Source: Camelus ferus (Eukaryota). Taken from it: 64,000 nt of DNA. Below the pieces are notes generated by a model that saw nothing but the letters and a program-made list of their open reading frames with translations, did not search any database and was not told the DNA's origin. Location of the stretch: assembly GCF_009834535.1 (NCBI RefSeq), contig NC_045697.1, positions 76,076,001-76,140,000 of the forward strand, read 5' to 3'. Every line of letters starts with the position of its first letter. The stretch's first letter is position 1. Positions 23,593-36,800 of the stretch are shown piece after piece. The position numbers and the translations under genes are program-made.

Positions 23593-24669
23593 TTATAGTT
23601 TGAAAATCTGTAGGTAAAAACGCCCCTTTCTCTTTTGTACTTCAATCTGACTTAAAACAAAACAAAAAAGGAGGCATGTTTGTTAACAAAAGTTCCTTTT
23701 ACGGAAAAGGAAACTTACGGATAAGGAAACTGAAAATCAGAAAAGTTTAGTGGCAGAGTTGGCAATTAAACACGAGATTTCAATATTCCATACTGAGGGC
23801 CAAGTCAATATGTTTAAAACCAAATATTTACATGACAGGTAGTATAAAAGCATAACATTTCATATTATAGTATGAAAGAAATTACTAAATTATGTCCACC
23901 TTTTACAGGTCACTGACCCTTTCGAATAAATGGTTGTGTTGCACAGCAGTTACACTCAACTTCTTCAAATACTTTTAAAAACACCTAATACACACTTTCA
24001 GATTCATTACAAATTAATGATGAACTCATTCCTTGATAGGTAACCATCCTTCCCATCTCTCATCAGAGTATACTGCCTGAAAAAACAAACACCAAAGTTC
24101 ATCTTCAGTGAAAATGATGCTGCAGCTATCACTATTTATAGGATATACTTATGAGTCAAGGAAAAAGAACCTTTTGTTTCAGATTTGAAAACAAAATCTT
24201 GAAATGAGTTGAAACTGAGGCAAAAAACCTGAATGACAAATGAAGCAGATTACATAAATAGGATTTCATGTAATTGTGCACAACTTAAAGTCCCTAAATA
24301 AGTCAAACTAGAGTAGCAAACTCTCCTTGAAGATATTTGTTTTAATGGTATAAAAAGAAGAAGTAAAATGTAAAGACCCTTTAGAAGCTCAACTCTATGT
24401 CTGTATTATAAAAAAGAAATGTTCTTAGCCAACGGGAAGGTACAGCAGCAAAGATGACAATAGCTATTCTCTGCTAGTGAAAAAGGATACTCCTGTGAAT
24501 ATAAAATCAAAGATAAACTCTATTTTGTAGCATTCATCTTGAATAGGAAATTTCCTTTTTAATTTTTTCTTGTACCTTTTGTGGGGGAACTTGCTGAAGA
24601 ATTCGAGGTAGACACTGAATGCCGCATCTACAAATCTTTCCGAAAGCAACCTAGGTTGCCCTTAATTTA

Positions 24670-24871
24670 CAGCACTGTGTGGAAGACAGCTTGTACTAGC
24701 TCTCCAGAGCTGACTGCTAAATTTTCAGGAATTTTGAGAGCCTGTTAATACTATGTTGGTAGCTTGAAATTGGCCATGGTGGGATTATTTACACCATGGA
24801 AATTGGCAAATGTGAAAAGTCAGTGCCAGTTCCCCCAAGCGAGTTGTTAGACATGAAACAGCACACCCCTG
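24670..24871. mobile_element. MER63A-like hAT MITE
   Basis: taaattttcaggaattttg ... ggtagcttgaaattggccatggtggga ... tatttacaccatggaaattggcaaa ... cagcacacccctg, matching the recalled MER63A. Confidence 0.8.
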
Positions 24872-27800
24872 GCAAACACTAAACCCCTTCCTAAATGACT
24901 AGGTGAAACAAACTTTTCTTTCCTTAGTTCTCTTTGATAAGCAACAGGAACATGTTCTTGATCTTGGTCTGAAACCATTCCAGAATAAGAAACTTCAAAG
25001 ATTATCATTTGACATGATCTCGGATGGCCTGAACCATGCCCCCAGGCCCTGCTAACCCTGGGGCAATGTGTGGCCATTGGTCATTAATTACTCTGCCTGG
25101 CTCCTTGCCTCTGGGCCTCAACTCCACTTTCTTTGAGTCACTAGACAGGAGTTCTGCTGGCCGGCAAGGAGAAGAGGCTTGTAGAAGATTTACTGGCATT
25201 TTCTTCCCTCTTCTCAAGGAAACAGTTCATGTAGCCCAAAAAAGTGCAAAATACTTAATGTAATTATTTTTGAAAGTTATCCATAACAAATGAATTTTAT
25301 AGAGAAAAGCAACTGAAACTATGTCAGATGTGCACTGAAGAATGCAGCTTCCAACATGAGGGCAGTATATGAGAATGCAATTATCCAGGCCAACTGTACA
25401 GAACCTGGAGTTGGACTAAATATGAAAAAAGAGGGAGATGAGAGGCTGATATCTTTGTAGTGCATTCACTCAAGCAATATGACACAAATTCTCTGTAGAG
25501 AATATGAGAATCAATTTAGGGATATCTGAAAGCAATTACGAATTTTCCAGAGAGGTATAAAGGAGCAAAAATAGTTTAAGGGCTAATTAAAGAATATTTG
25601 TAAGATGCTCTACTCTTTGTTTTAACAAAGCTTTTGCCTGCATTTCCATACCAAGGCTGGTGGTAGTGGACAGTTCTCGGGCAAGTAATAATAGCATATA
25701 GGATTTTAAGTTGAAAGACCTGGATAATATTCCTGGTCCTACCTGTTGCTTGTTGTGTGAACTTATGCAAATGACTTACCCTTTTTGTGTTTCAGATTGC
25801 TCATTAAATGAGGCTGTTATTTTCCCCAGCTAAGTTTGTATAAGGATCAAATGGGATCATGCATGGAAAAACACTTTGCAAGTAGTAAAACACTATGTAA
25901 ATACAATATTAATTCTACTTTGGAAAAAAAGAAGTCATTAATCTCATTTCCTACATTGAGAAAGTTATTACCTGTGTCAACATGCATTATTTCAGTGAAT
26001 ACCAGATAAAGCTAGCTTAGAAATTTGCTGAAACAGTTAATAATGGCCTCAAAGAATCCTCTCAATCACTGTTTCACTACTGATTTGCAACCTCAAAGAA
26101 ATCTCTACTTCCCTATTAAGATAACTTCTTTGTGTAAAAATGTTTTTTTCTATGATGCAAATATGCTATAATATGTTCCATCTAAATGTATGAAGGATAT
26201 TTCAGTTTACCTCTTTAATATGTGGCACCTGCTTCATCTGAATACCAATATTTTAATGATGTTTGAAGGTAGTGACTGACTGGATAATACAGAAAGTAGG
26301 AATATATACACCATGGGGTTGACAAACACTAAAGATGGTCTAAAACACAGGAGGCAGCAAGGAAGGTAAATACATTCGGAGGAGGGGGCAGGCAAGAGTC
26401 TTAGGTGCAACAATTTGAAGTTGTGAGTCTGAGGATTGGATTCCTACCATTAACAAAAGATAAAAGTGTGGGCCCGAATATCTTCCAACACCAACGGCCC
26501 TGTGATCCCAACGGTTCTGAAGCTTTGAATTCCCATACTTTATTGTTCTAGTGGTTCTCTATTGATTCTAGTGGTAGCTAGGAGAAAGGAAGGTCAGGAA
26601 GGCAAAAGAAAGAACTGCATATGATCAGAGATGACTTATTTATCTGAACATTAAAAAAAATCAGTTTGAAGATGAGTCAATGTCACATGGCTGATGGGGC
26701 ACTGGCTTGATGGCAGTGTGTGCCAGTAATCTGAAGGGACATCAGTAAAGCTTGCAGACACTAAGACAGCGGGCAGGAGCATGTTAGCTGTCATTAAACC
26801 TGATTTCTCCCAGTCCAAGGACCTGTAAGATTGCTCTAGTCATGATCAAGAGACAGAACTTCCAGATAGATGGGTCATCCTGCCAGATTTCCACTAAGGG
26901 CTTCTTCCTTTCTGCAGCAAAGACAGGAACCACTGTGTTTTCCCGCACCCCAAGCCTTGAATCTCCACCACTTTGCCTTCACAGACAAACCCAACTGGAC
27001 TAGTCTGTGACCAAGAAGTGGCAATACCTTGTCCGAAGGGCAGGGAGATAGCAGCCCCCCAAGTTGGGGGCACATGTACAAAAAGGCCAGCCCAAAGCCT
27101 ACACTAACAGTGAGGAGATGCTCAGTACTTGAAAGGGCTATGAACGGTATTGGCTCCAGAGCTATGGTCCTACGTAGCAGCAAATGTAGAAGAGTCCTGC
27201 GTTATTCCAGGAGTATGGACTCCAGGTGTCCACTAAGTGCTTTACTGCAAAGAGGATGAAGCTCTGGAAGTTTGATCTAGCTATGAATAAGCCACTCCAA
27301 GGAAAATGTTCACAAAATGTCTTCATGCTCCTTGTCTCGTTTGGATCTCACCATCACTCTGGAAAGAAAAGTATTAGTATCCCCATGTTCCAGACAAGGA
27401 CAAGGAATCTCAGTAAAGTCCAACACCAGTTAGCAAGAAAGGCTGGATCAATCCTATTTTCCTTCCCCAAACCATGATGCAGCCCATTTTCTGATTATCC
27501 AGTGGCGGATAGCCTGTCTTACTAGGCTGATCTCAAAAGTTGAGCTGGAAAAGGCCACAGGGCCTCAGAGGCAAGTGTGAGAAATATCAAGCTATAAATG
27601 TGTAGCCAAATAAGAAATCACCACAGAACCTTCCCCTCCTCCTAAAATACTCATTGCTGTCATCTGAGTTTATGTTTTAGAAATGATTATGCAACACAGT
27701 AATAGTATAATCAATCAGTACATTATTCACAAGCCTTCTAATTCCCAAGCCAAGCTGATTAATGTGATTCCCAAGCCAAGGAATGTCAAGAAAGACTATA

Positions 27801-28240
27801 TGCTATCACTCTATTTGGAAAATTCCTGCCATAAAACTAAGAATCATCACTGTAAGGAGCCTATGTGTCTGTATCTGTCACCTCTCCTTTAATTTCCAGT
27901 TTATGTTAATAATGGTCATTTCTTCAGGCTCTCAAGTCTTCCAACTAATTAGCAATGCTCAGGATATCTTCTTAACCTTGATTACTACTGCTAATTCTTG
28001 AAAATAATTAAACTTTATTTCACCAAAGTTTGAATATGTCTATTAAAAAATCCGTGGGAATTCATTTTCTCCACTAACCCTATTTAAGCCAGTTTAATGT
28101 GGAGATAACATAAATCATTGTAAATAATGTTTTCTTGTATTTAACACAACCTGAAATTTTCCAACTCAGCTTATTACTAATTCAGTTGTGTTTTCTCTAA
28201 CAAAATATGTTGACTTGTTTAACATCTGTCTCCCTGAAAA

Positions 28241-28345
28241 TTAATTAACTAATTAATTAATTAATTAATAGAGGTACCGGGGACTGAACCCAGGACCTCA
28301 TGTATGTTAAGCATGCACTCTACCACTGAACTGTACAGTCCCCTC
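28241..28345 (-). mobile_element. Vic-1-like SINE with a (TAAT)n tail
   Basis: gaggtaccggggactgaacccaggacctcatgtatgttaagcatgcactctaccactga is the reverse complement of the same family as 1-113. Confidence 0.85.
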
Positions 28346-28412
28346 ACCAAATTTTTAAGCTAGGTGATACTTAGGCCTTTAAAAATATTTCAAAGAATAG
28401 ATTAAAAAAAAA

Positions 28413-29003
28413 GTTTTTCAGTTCCTCAGAAAGTTAAACCTAGAATTGCCATATGACCTAGCAATTCCACTTCTAGGTGCATACCCAAGAGAACTGAAAC
28501 CATGTGCTCACAATAACACGTGTACACAAATGTTCACAGCAGCATTATTCATAACAGCCAAAACATGGAACAATCCAAATGTCCATCAACTGATGAACGG
28601 ATAAATAAACTGTGATATAGCCCCACAATCGACTATTATTCAGCCATAAAGAAGAGAGAAGCTCTGATATATGCTAGATCATGGATGAAGCTTAAAACTA
28701 TATTAAGTGAAATAAACAGGACACAAAAGGTCACATATTACATGATTCTATTTCCATGTAACATCCAGAACAGGCAAATCCATAGGGACAGAAAGTAGAG
28801 TGGTTGCCAGGGCTGAGGGGAGGTAGAAACTGGGAATGACCACTAATAGGTAAGGATTTCTTTCTGAAGTGATAAAAATGTTCTGGAATTAGATGATGGT
28901 AATAGTTCTACAACTCAGTGACTATCCTAAAAACCGTTAAATTGTACAATCTAAATGATGAGTTTTATGTTACAAGAATTATATCTCAAGTTTAAAAAAT
29001 AAA
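28413..29003 (+). mobile_element. Old LINE-1 (L1MB-like) ORF2 end and 3'UTR
   Basis: atatgacctagcaattccacttctagg, ccaaatgtccatcaactgatgaa, tggttgccagggctgagggg, atgttctggaattagat, gaattatatctca. Confidence 0.9.
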
Positions 29004-32000
29004 CTAAAGGCACAAGAACTGATTTGGACTGAATGACAGCTAATTTTACTACATATGTAAGGCAAGAAGAAGTGATATTTTACTCTATGTGTGTATTATA
29101 TCGCTGAACCTTGTAATTTACATGTAGTGATGACAGGCATCTCTGAAGGCTAAACTTGGGATTATATACAACCAAAGCACAGCCCACAGCAGAAGCATGA
29201 CACACTGTTTAGGGATGTGTGTGTTTAGGGACACAGATGACACCCACATAAGTATACTGCGGACATATCTGGGAGCGAGCCTCCCCTTCCCTGGCGGGCT
29301 CACTCCTGGGCCTAACTCATGGAGACGGAGCCGGCAGAGGGGCTGTTACTGGAGTTCTCTGGAGTCGGTCCATAAACCGCATCAGTCTGACTCTGCGGAC
29401 TCCGCCAGTGGACGGACAGTTGGGAACTGGAGAATTTTCCAGGCATCCTCCAACCTGCCAGAGAATGACGCGAGTGTGTGCAAACTTCCTGGGAACCAGC
29501 CCTGTCTTCTCAGCTGCCAGGTGGACTGATGGGCGTGTGCCCCGGGGGGCTGAAGGCAGCATACCTTGCAGACCCGGAATCCAGGCACACACGGAAGGAA
29601 GGGCTCCAAGGGCTCCCTGCTGGCCCAGCCAGCAGGCCGGGTTTATAGGCATCAAACCCCGGAAACTCTACATTTGTAACCTGGAGTGCTAAGTACCGTG
29701 GTTTCTATTCTTTTCTACACTTCAAAAGGCAGAGAGTTTTCAAAGTTACAAGTGTGTCTAGAATCCACTTCTATGTAGTATCTACTCCTTAAGAGGACTC
29801 CTGGGTTGGAATACAAAGCTTAAAAGCTGCTCTCTTAGAATTTTAAAAATTACCTTCATTTCAAATATTTCCATTCCCAAGTGGTTTCAAAATTAACTTC
29901 AATAATGTTCAAATCATGATTTTTACTGTTACGAATGAAAATTTTAAATCCTCTATCTCATTTCTCTATAGAGGATCTAGCCAAATTCTTATGCTAGAAC
30001 AATGGAAATGATCACATCTCTTCTACAGAAAAGTCTCTGCCAGGGCTCTCATTAGCCTCCCATCACAGGATATGTGCAAAATGACTCCTGGGCTTGAGAT
30101 GAAATATTCATTTTATCTCATATAAGAGGGGGGAAATTGCCACTTCAAAGTGATCAAGAGCAGAGCAGTTTATTAAAGCAGGATTCGAGTGCTGGAAGGA
30201 GCCTGAGGGCTCAGAATTCTGACTACCCTCAGTCCGTCGGTGAGGAGGTGACGTTTGGGGAAGCTGGGGTTGTATCGTCTGCAGCCAAGCTCTGGATCTT
30301 CCCACTCCAGATCCAATGCTCCCCTCACGACAGCATGCCATTACCAGATCAACCAAAAATTCTCAAAGGTGAGCCCAAACCTGGCTCAGAGAGATTAAAC
30401 AGTCCAATCAATTCAGTTCACTTCTACCCAACTCAACTTTAAATTGAGCACCAAACATGTTAAGGTGCAGGGCCAGATAAGGAAGGATGGCAAGGGGGGC
30501 AAAAATAAGTAAAATCTCATCTCTGTTCTTGAAGAACTTGGTATCTGCTCAAGGAGGTAAGACACATTTGCAAGTACCTATAATGTGGAGTGTTCAAAAC
30601 AAAACTAGATGAGTTGGGAGAAGAGCAGTTCCAGCAGGAGGTAACAGGACAGAGAGATGGCAGTGACAGAGGAAGGGTCACGGACGTGAGTGCCACCGAG
30701 GAGGCAGAGGACAATGAGCTGAACACGGTGACAGAAAGGGTGTGGTGGTGAGGGGAAGGGCCAGGAGAAGCCTTCCAGGTTTCCACACTAGAAGCCTTGG
30801 ACAATGGTGAGGGTCTCTGTGGACTAGCATGGGGTAGGCAGGCAGCTGAGGAATGATAACGGCTGTGTTATCACACACGTTCTGAGAACATTTTAGGTCC
30901 ACTAAAGGGGAAAAAAATTGGGTGTTATGGCCTTTGACTATCATGAAGTCCAACAGACCACTTTTACTTCTCTCCCCACCCCTGTTGCCTCTCACTGCTG
31001 TCTCCCCTGTCACACATGACTGCACCTTCCAGTTGGGGTATTCATGTTGTTGTCACTTCATGCAGCAAAATTAACAAAGGGACTTTCGTGAGGTCACTGG
31101 GCTAGAAAGTGGCAGAGCCAACACCAGACTCCAAGGATGGCCCAGGACTGGACTTCTGGCCCCTGGGCACCCTTTCCTCCATAACGCTCCCTGTAGAGTA
31201 GATGAGTTTCAAGGAGGAGTGGCAGAAATAGAAATTATTTTTCCAAAACTTAGTCATGTTGGTAAAAAATATGTAAGAAAAAGCAACGTCACATGATCAT
31301 TAAGAACACTTGATAATGAAGGGCAGTTTACACATACTTATATTCCCTTTTAACTTCTGTTGAATGCTCAGAGAGAGGAAACCCATCTGAGTGAGAAGGC
31401 GGACCGGCTGAAAAATGCATAATAAGAGGGATGGGTAGAAATCAGACAGCGTTCAGACACAGTGTGACAGCCAGAGTCCAGCAGTGGGTAGGTAACTCAA
31501 GCCTGATTGGAAAACATTAAAAACAAAACAAAACAAAAAAACAAAACCCACATCTTACTGCCTCTTAAGATAAAAAGGCCCATTGGTCCTGGTGGAAGGG
31601 CTGACTCGGCCTTTAAACAGCCACTCTCTCTGCCTCTTGTCATTTTTATTCCACCACGAATGCCTGGAAGTGGGGCTGGGGTCAGTGGCCTCTGCAGGCA
31701 AACATGATGGATGGAGTTTATGGGCACAGAGAGGGAAGAGGCTTTTTTTTTTTTTTTTTTTTTTTTAAGATCACACAGATTTTAGCAGCCTTACTTCTGG
31801 GAAAAGTGAAATTTCACATAGCATCTATGAACAGAAAAAAGACTGGAAACATGCTCTAAAATGCTAACCACAATGTTAACTTGTGAGACCAGAGGTGATT
31901 TTTGTCTCTAGCACTTTTCTGTATGCTCTAAAATTTCTACCAAGAATATTATGCATTAACCTTATAATCAAATAAAAAAGTTTTATTTTATAACACAGTG

Positions 32001-33819
32001 AAATTTTAGTGCTATTTGAGCTTAAACTATATACTATTTTATGTTATGCTGAATTTTATTTTGGATAGCCACTAAAGTCAGCTTCACATGTTAATTTTTA
32101 GGTTTTTCACAAAATATCCTATGTTTCTGTCAAGTAAATGATTATCTTCACACAAACACACACTCTGAGACCATTTTAGATTGATCGAAAGAAAAAAAAA
32201 TTGGGTGTTGCACCTTTCTGACTATCAGGGAATCCAAGAACCCACTTTCACTCCTTATGCTCTCCGACTCTGCTGTCTCCACTGCCATCCCCTCTGTTAC
32301 TGATGAGAGAAAGAACAAGATAAAGAAAACCCAGGACATTCACAAAACTCGTGAGGACAATTACCACATGAAGGTCTTATAAACAGGAGCCAGGATAGCC
32401 TCACAAAGCACAACTCTGATGGCTCAGAGCCAGTCGTCCACAGGGCTAAGCTGCTGCCAAGGGACAGCTCCCCTGGGCAGGGATGGGGTGAGACAGAGTC
32501 GTGAAGTGAAACTCATCTGCACTGAACTTGAGAGAGAGATGGAAGTATCAACGAGACCCAATCATCTATTCAATCACTCTGGAAAGTGTACAGCTGCAGG
32601 GGACCTCAACCTTGATACGTGGCTTTAGAACAGAGTGCTTCAACTTTGAGGTTTCCTCTCCAAATGGCTCAGATTTTCCACATCAACCTTCAGGTGCTTT
32701 GCAAGAGATGACAGTTGTGTAACCAGCCATAACATTGTGCTGGTAATGAAAAGGTCTCAGTTTATCATCTTATCTGCAATCAGTTTGTCATAGCACCTCT
32801 TTCTTACTTTCGACTTCTTCTCGATTTGACTCACTCACAGTACCCCTTTTCTTCTTGCAACCTAATCTGGTTACGAGATGCAGCACTAATGTTTTACTGG
32901 GCTCAGTTATTCCTACCCAAATTACAGCAACGACACGCATAACAATTGGTATTTGCCTTCTGAATGTGTACAATAACTCGCCTTACAATGGGAGATGGCT
33001 CATGGCCTTGGAACCAGGTACACTTCCATCAAAATAAGAACAGTCACGTGGTCCAGAGAAACACTCACGTGGCTAGAAAGGCCTCCCACATCACCTTACC
33101 AGCTCTTTGCCATGAGGTAAACAGGATCCTTTATGGAACCCATACAAATCACTACCTTCTCAATTTATTTATAAGGTCCACTTGCATGAAGTTAGGATTA
33201 ACAGTTAAATATAGGTTTAAAAATAAACAGAAAACAAGCAAACAAGTCCTTCCTGTTGAGCTGCAAGTTTCTCTCTCCTCCCTCGCACTCCTACCCCTAT
33301 TAACTCTCTTAATTACATTAAAAGGATCTGGAGCGAAGATCTTACTAATAATTAGGGGTGACTTGTGTGTGTTTTTCATTTTCTATCTGCAAACCAGGAA
33401 TACAGGATTGGATCCAGACCAAATATGAAATTCAGTAGGTCCCTCCTATGTCCACAGCTTAGCATGCAAACTTTGGTATGTAAAAAAACCTTACATTTCT
33501 ACCTAGGGATGTAGTTTTGATAAAAAAAGACAAAGGATAATTTGTTAAACCTGCTGGAAGCTACTTATCTGCTGTGGGCATGCAATCTTTAGGCATATTT
33601 GAGTTAGCACCTGCGTGGAAGAATCAATTAAATTGGAAGAAAGAAATCCACTCCCTGTATGGCCATCAACTGTTCCTCCACAGTGTTTTTCAGCCTGAGC
33701 ACTTCCTCAGCGCCCAGTTTGTTTCAATAATTAACAGACGAAAGCTAAATGCTCTTCCCTTGCTGGAGACTATCATCCTGAAACGCCTCTGAGGAAGAGG
33801 AACAAGCTGTCTTCCGGGT

Positions 33820-34035
33820 CAGTGAGGTGCTCAGGCGTGGACCCTGCAGCCAGACTGCCTGGGCTGGACTGTCACTTCTGCCACTTAACAGCTGGGTGAT
33901 CTCTGGCAAGTTGCTCCACCTCCATGTGCCCAGTTTCTGGATGTGGAAAATGGAGCCCTGAAGGACTGACAAGTACATGTGCTGATGTGCGCAAACCACT
34001 TACAACAGGGCCCCGCTCATGGCAAGTGCTATGTC
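33820..34035 (+). mobile_element. MIR SINE
   Basis: gccagactgcctggg ... tctgccacttaacagctgggtgatctctggcaagtt ... tgtgcccagtttc. Confidence 0.8.
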
Positions 34036-36589
34036 AGTGCTGAGCAAACTACATGCATGGGAAGCACTTGAAATGGTGGCCGATAAGCATCAGATATTAC
34101 TACTGCTGTCTAATGTAAATTTTAATCTAGAAAACAGAAGCTAAAACATTCAGGATCCTGAACACTAAGACATTCCCTGAGGTTTTAAACTATGACCCCC
34201 GACTGTATACATACAGATTTTTAAAAAATCCAGACACATTATTTTCCGTCAAGTCCCAAGCTCTTCGGGTGGGGGTGAGGGGCAGGTGCAGCAGGTCCAC
34301 AGAAATACCCATCTGCCCGGCCCCATAATTAAAAACAAGTCACCATTACAGAATGCAGATTTGTTTGAAGTTCACCGGAGCTTTACCAATACAAATTACT
34401 TTCTCCTGGTATTTCAAGCAATTATCACTTTTAAAGTCTACTGGGGGAGGGGTGTGAAAGGGAAAGTAATGAGGGTTTGTATCAGAACTGCTTTTCCCTT
34501 CAATTGTTTATATTCAGCAAGGGTGCCGAGCCTCCAGTGGGGAGAGGAGATGGGAAGAAAGGCAGGTGGTAGTGTTGGTGGAACAGTTTTCTGGGTAGAA
34601 AATTAACATCTCCAAACAGTACGGAGTTGTTAGATATTTCTGTCTGGCTACTTTGAGTGCAGCAACAGGGGTCACTAAGTATTATAATCATTTCCTTATG
34701 GGGCATGTTTTCACTTTCTAAAATTAACACGTTTCATTATTTTATGCTCTTTTCTCTGAAGTCAGAATTTCTCACAAGCACCACACAGTAGGGGCATTTA
34801 CTATCTCTACAACATAATAGCTTCAATCTGCCCCTGGTGATACAACCATGCGTCTGTTGCCTAGAAGGTTGCTAATAGGATGATTATAACTGTCTTTGGG
34901 ATTGACACTTGTGCTGCTGGCATCTAATATATATATTAAAAAGGGAGGTTATTTTCCAGTAAGGAGGCAGGCACTTCAACGTTCTTTATTTCTTCACCAT
35001 CCTAAGAATGCTCCCCTCTCCACTTCTCTCAGGAAGTCACCCCAGATAATCTATGCTCCCCACCCACCCACTGCATGGGTGCTCCATACAGGCCTGCTGT
35101 GGTGCAGGGCTCACAGATTTGAGTTCAAACCCTGACTCTGCATCTTTGTCTAGATACTTAACCTCTCTGTTTCCTCCACCGTAAAACGAAAGTGTTTATA
35201 TCCAACATCAGTGTTAATGGTACCAGTAAATGTTAATGTTACAATAAGGATTAAGGAAAATACACAGAGAATTTAGTAGCTGTTCAATAGTACATGGCAA
35301 TTCTTCATATTATTTAAAAACTTGGATGGGTCCTACAACCATAATGTCTCTGAACCCTGTCTGTATTGAGCATTTACGAAACTGGAAGAAAGATGGGTCA
35401 TCATTCTATATGCTGAATTTCCTAAAGACTGGGCAAATTTCCTCCAAGTTCTTCCTAAGCAGAATACAGGGCTAATTGACATCTTACTGGGTGACATCCC
35501 ATCACCCAGTATTTCCATAGGATGCACCAAAGAACACATGAGTCACAAAATGAAGAAGAAGAGATCATTCACGAGGACGGCTGAGTAGCACCCCCATGAA
35601 GGTAAATGAAGGGTGTCCATCTGTGAGCTGCACCCTTGGAGGCGGACTCAACTCTCCACCTTCTTCCTTTCCCATTGTTTTTTCCTGAACGTAGCTAAAG
35701 CTTTGAGGACTTCACAAGTCCTGTGTTTTCATCTCGATTCCCAGCACACTGGCCTGCAGCTGTTTTTTTAAAGTAAGCCTGCTGAGTGTAGCTGGGGACC
35801 CAGCCAGGAAACTGCACTGTTGGCTAAGTCGCCCGCCCGTCAGCAGCCAGGCTAGGCCGTGGAGGAGAGGGCAGGAGGGAAAACAAAAGAAGGCTACAAA
35901 AAGAGATTCTCTCCCCTTTGCAGCTATAATATAAGTTCCCAGCCCTGACTCTGACATTTATCTTCACCAGTTTACTTAGTAAGGGGGAGACTTTAGGATG
36001 AGACAGAGGAAGACAAGATGAGCAAGAAGGTGTTGGCATACTTAGATCTTATGCTTAAGGTGAACTGCTGGCACTAGAGCTTCTGACCCAGGAAATCGAG
36101 CCCTGCCCTAATTCTCTTCAGGGGTCAGCAGTTAGCAGTCAGAGTAGGCAGAAAGCTGGGTTGTTTGGAGATGGACAAAAACTGGTAATGATCCGTGAGC
36201 AGTTCAGTGGTGCTGGAATGTTGGATTGGCACCAGTCGACCTAGAGCATGCTGACATTTCAGGAACTGGTACACACTGTGTGGTTGCTAGGGCTTTAGAA
36301 ACTCCTATCCCTGGACCCTACTCTGTGAGCCTATGATGGTTCTGATGTAGTCAGAGGAGGGCCTGAGATACCTGCTTCCATCAGAAGAGGCCCAAGAAGG
36401 GCCAGTGCCCCTACAAAGGGCCCTCAGGCCTGAAGGTCAGTTTTTTTTTTCACTGTGTGCCCTAATCCCCTATATTGAGTGTTGTCATCCTGGCTTCTCA
36501 CAGGCAAAGAGAATGTACATCTCGAAATGGTACCCAGGAGACTGTTGGCCACCTCCACCCACCTGCAGGCACACAACCATGGGATGGTG

Positions 36590-36800
36590 GTGAAAGATGG
36601 TGTCCAGAGCCAGACTGCCAAGGTCTGAATCTCAGCTCAGTCGCTTACTGTATGACCGAGGGCAAGATTACTTGCTATTTCTGTGCCTCATTTGAAAATA
36701 TGGGTTGCAATCACACTACCTAGTTCACAGGGTTGTGAAGGATTAAATGAGCTACTATTAGTTAAGTATGTGGATCAGTTCCTGGTTCATAATAATGACA
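36590..36800 (+). mobile_element. MIR SINE
   Basis: ccagagccagactgcc ... tgaatctcagctc ... tgaccgagggcaag ... tctgtgcctca ... gggttgtgaaggattaaatgag. Confidence 0.85.

Noticed and set aside
27725..27780. Short direct repeats (ATTCCCAAGCCAAG x2 plus a partial copy); similar small duplications near 11688, 23699, 26542 and 54170
   Set aside because: Only 2-3 units with no regular repeat-spacer structure. These are ordinary slippage duplications, not a CRISPR-like or functional array.
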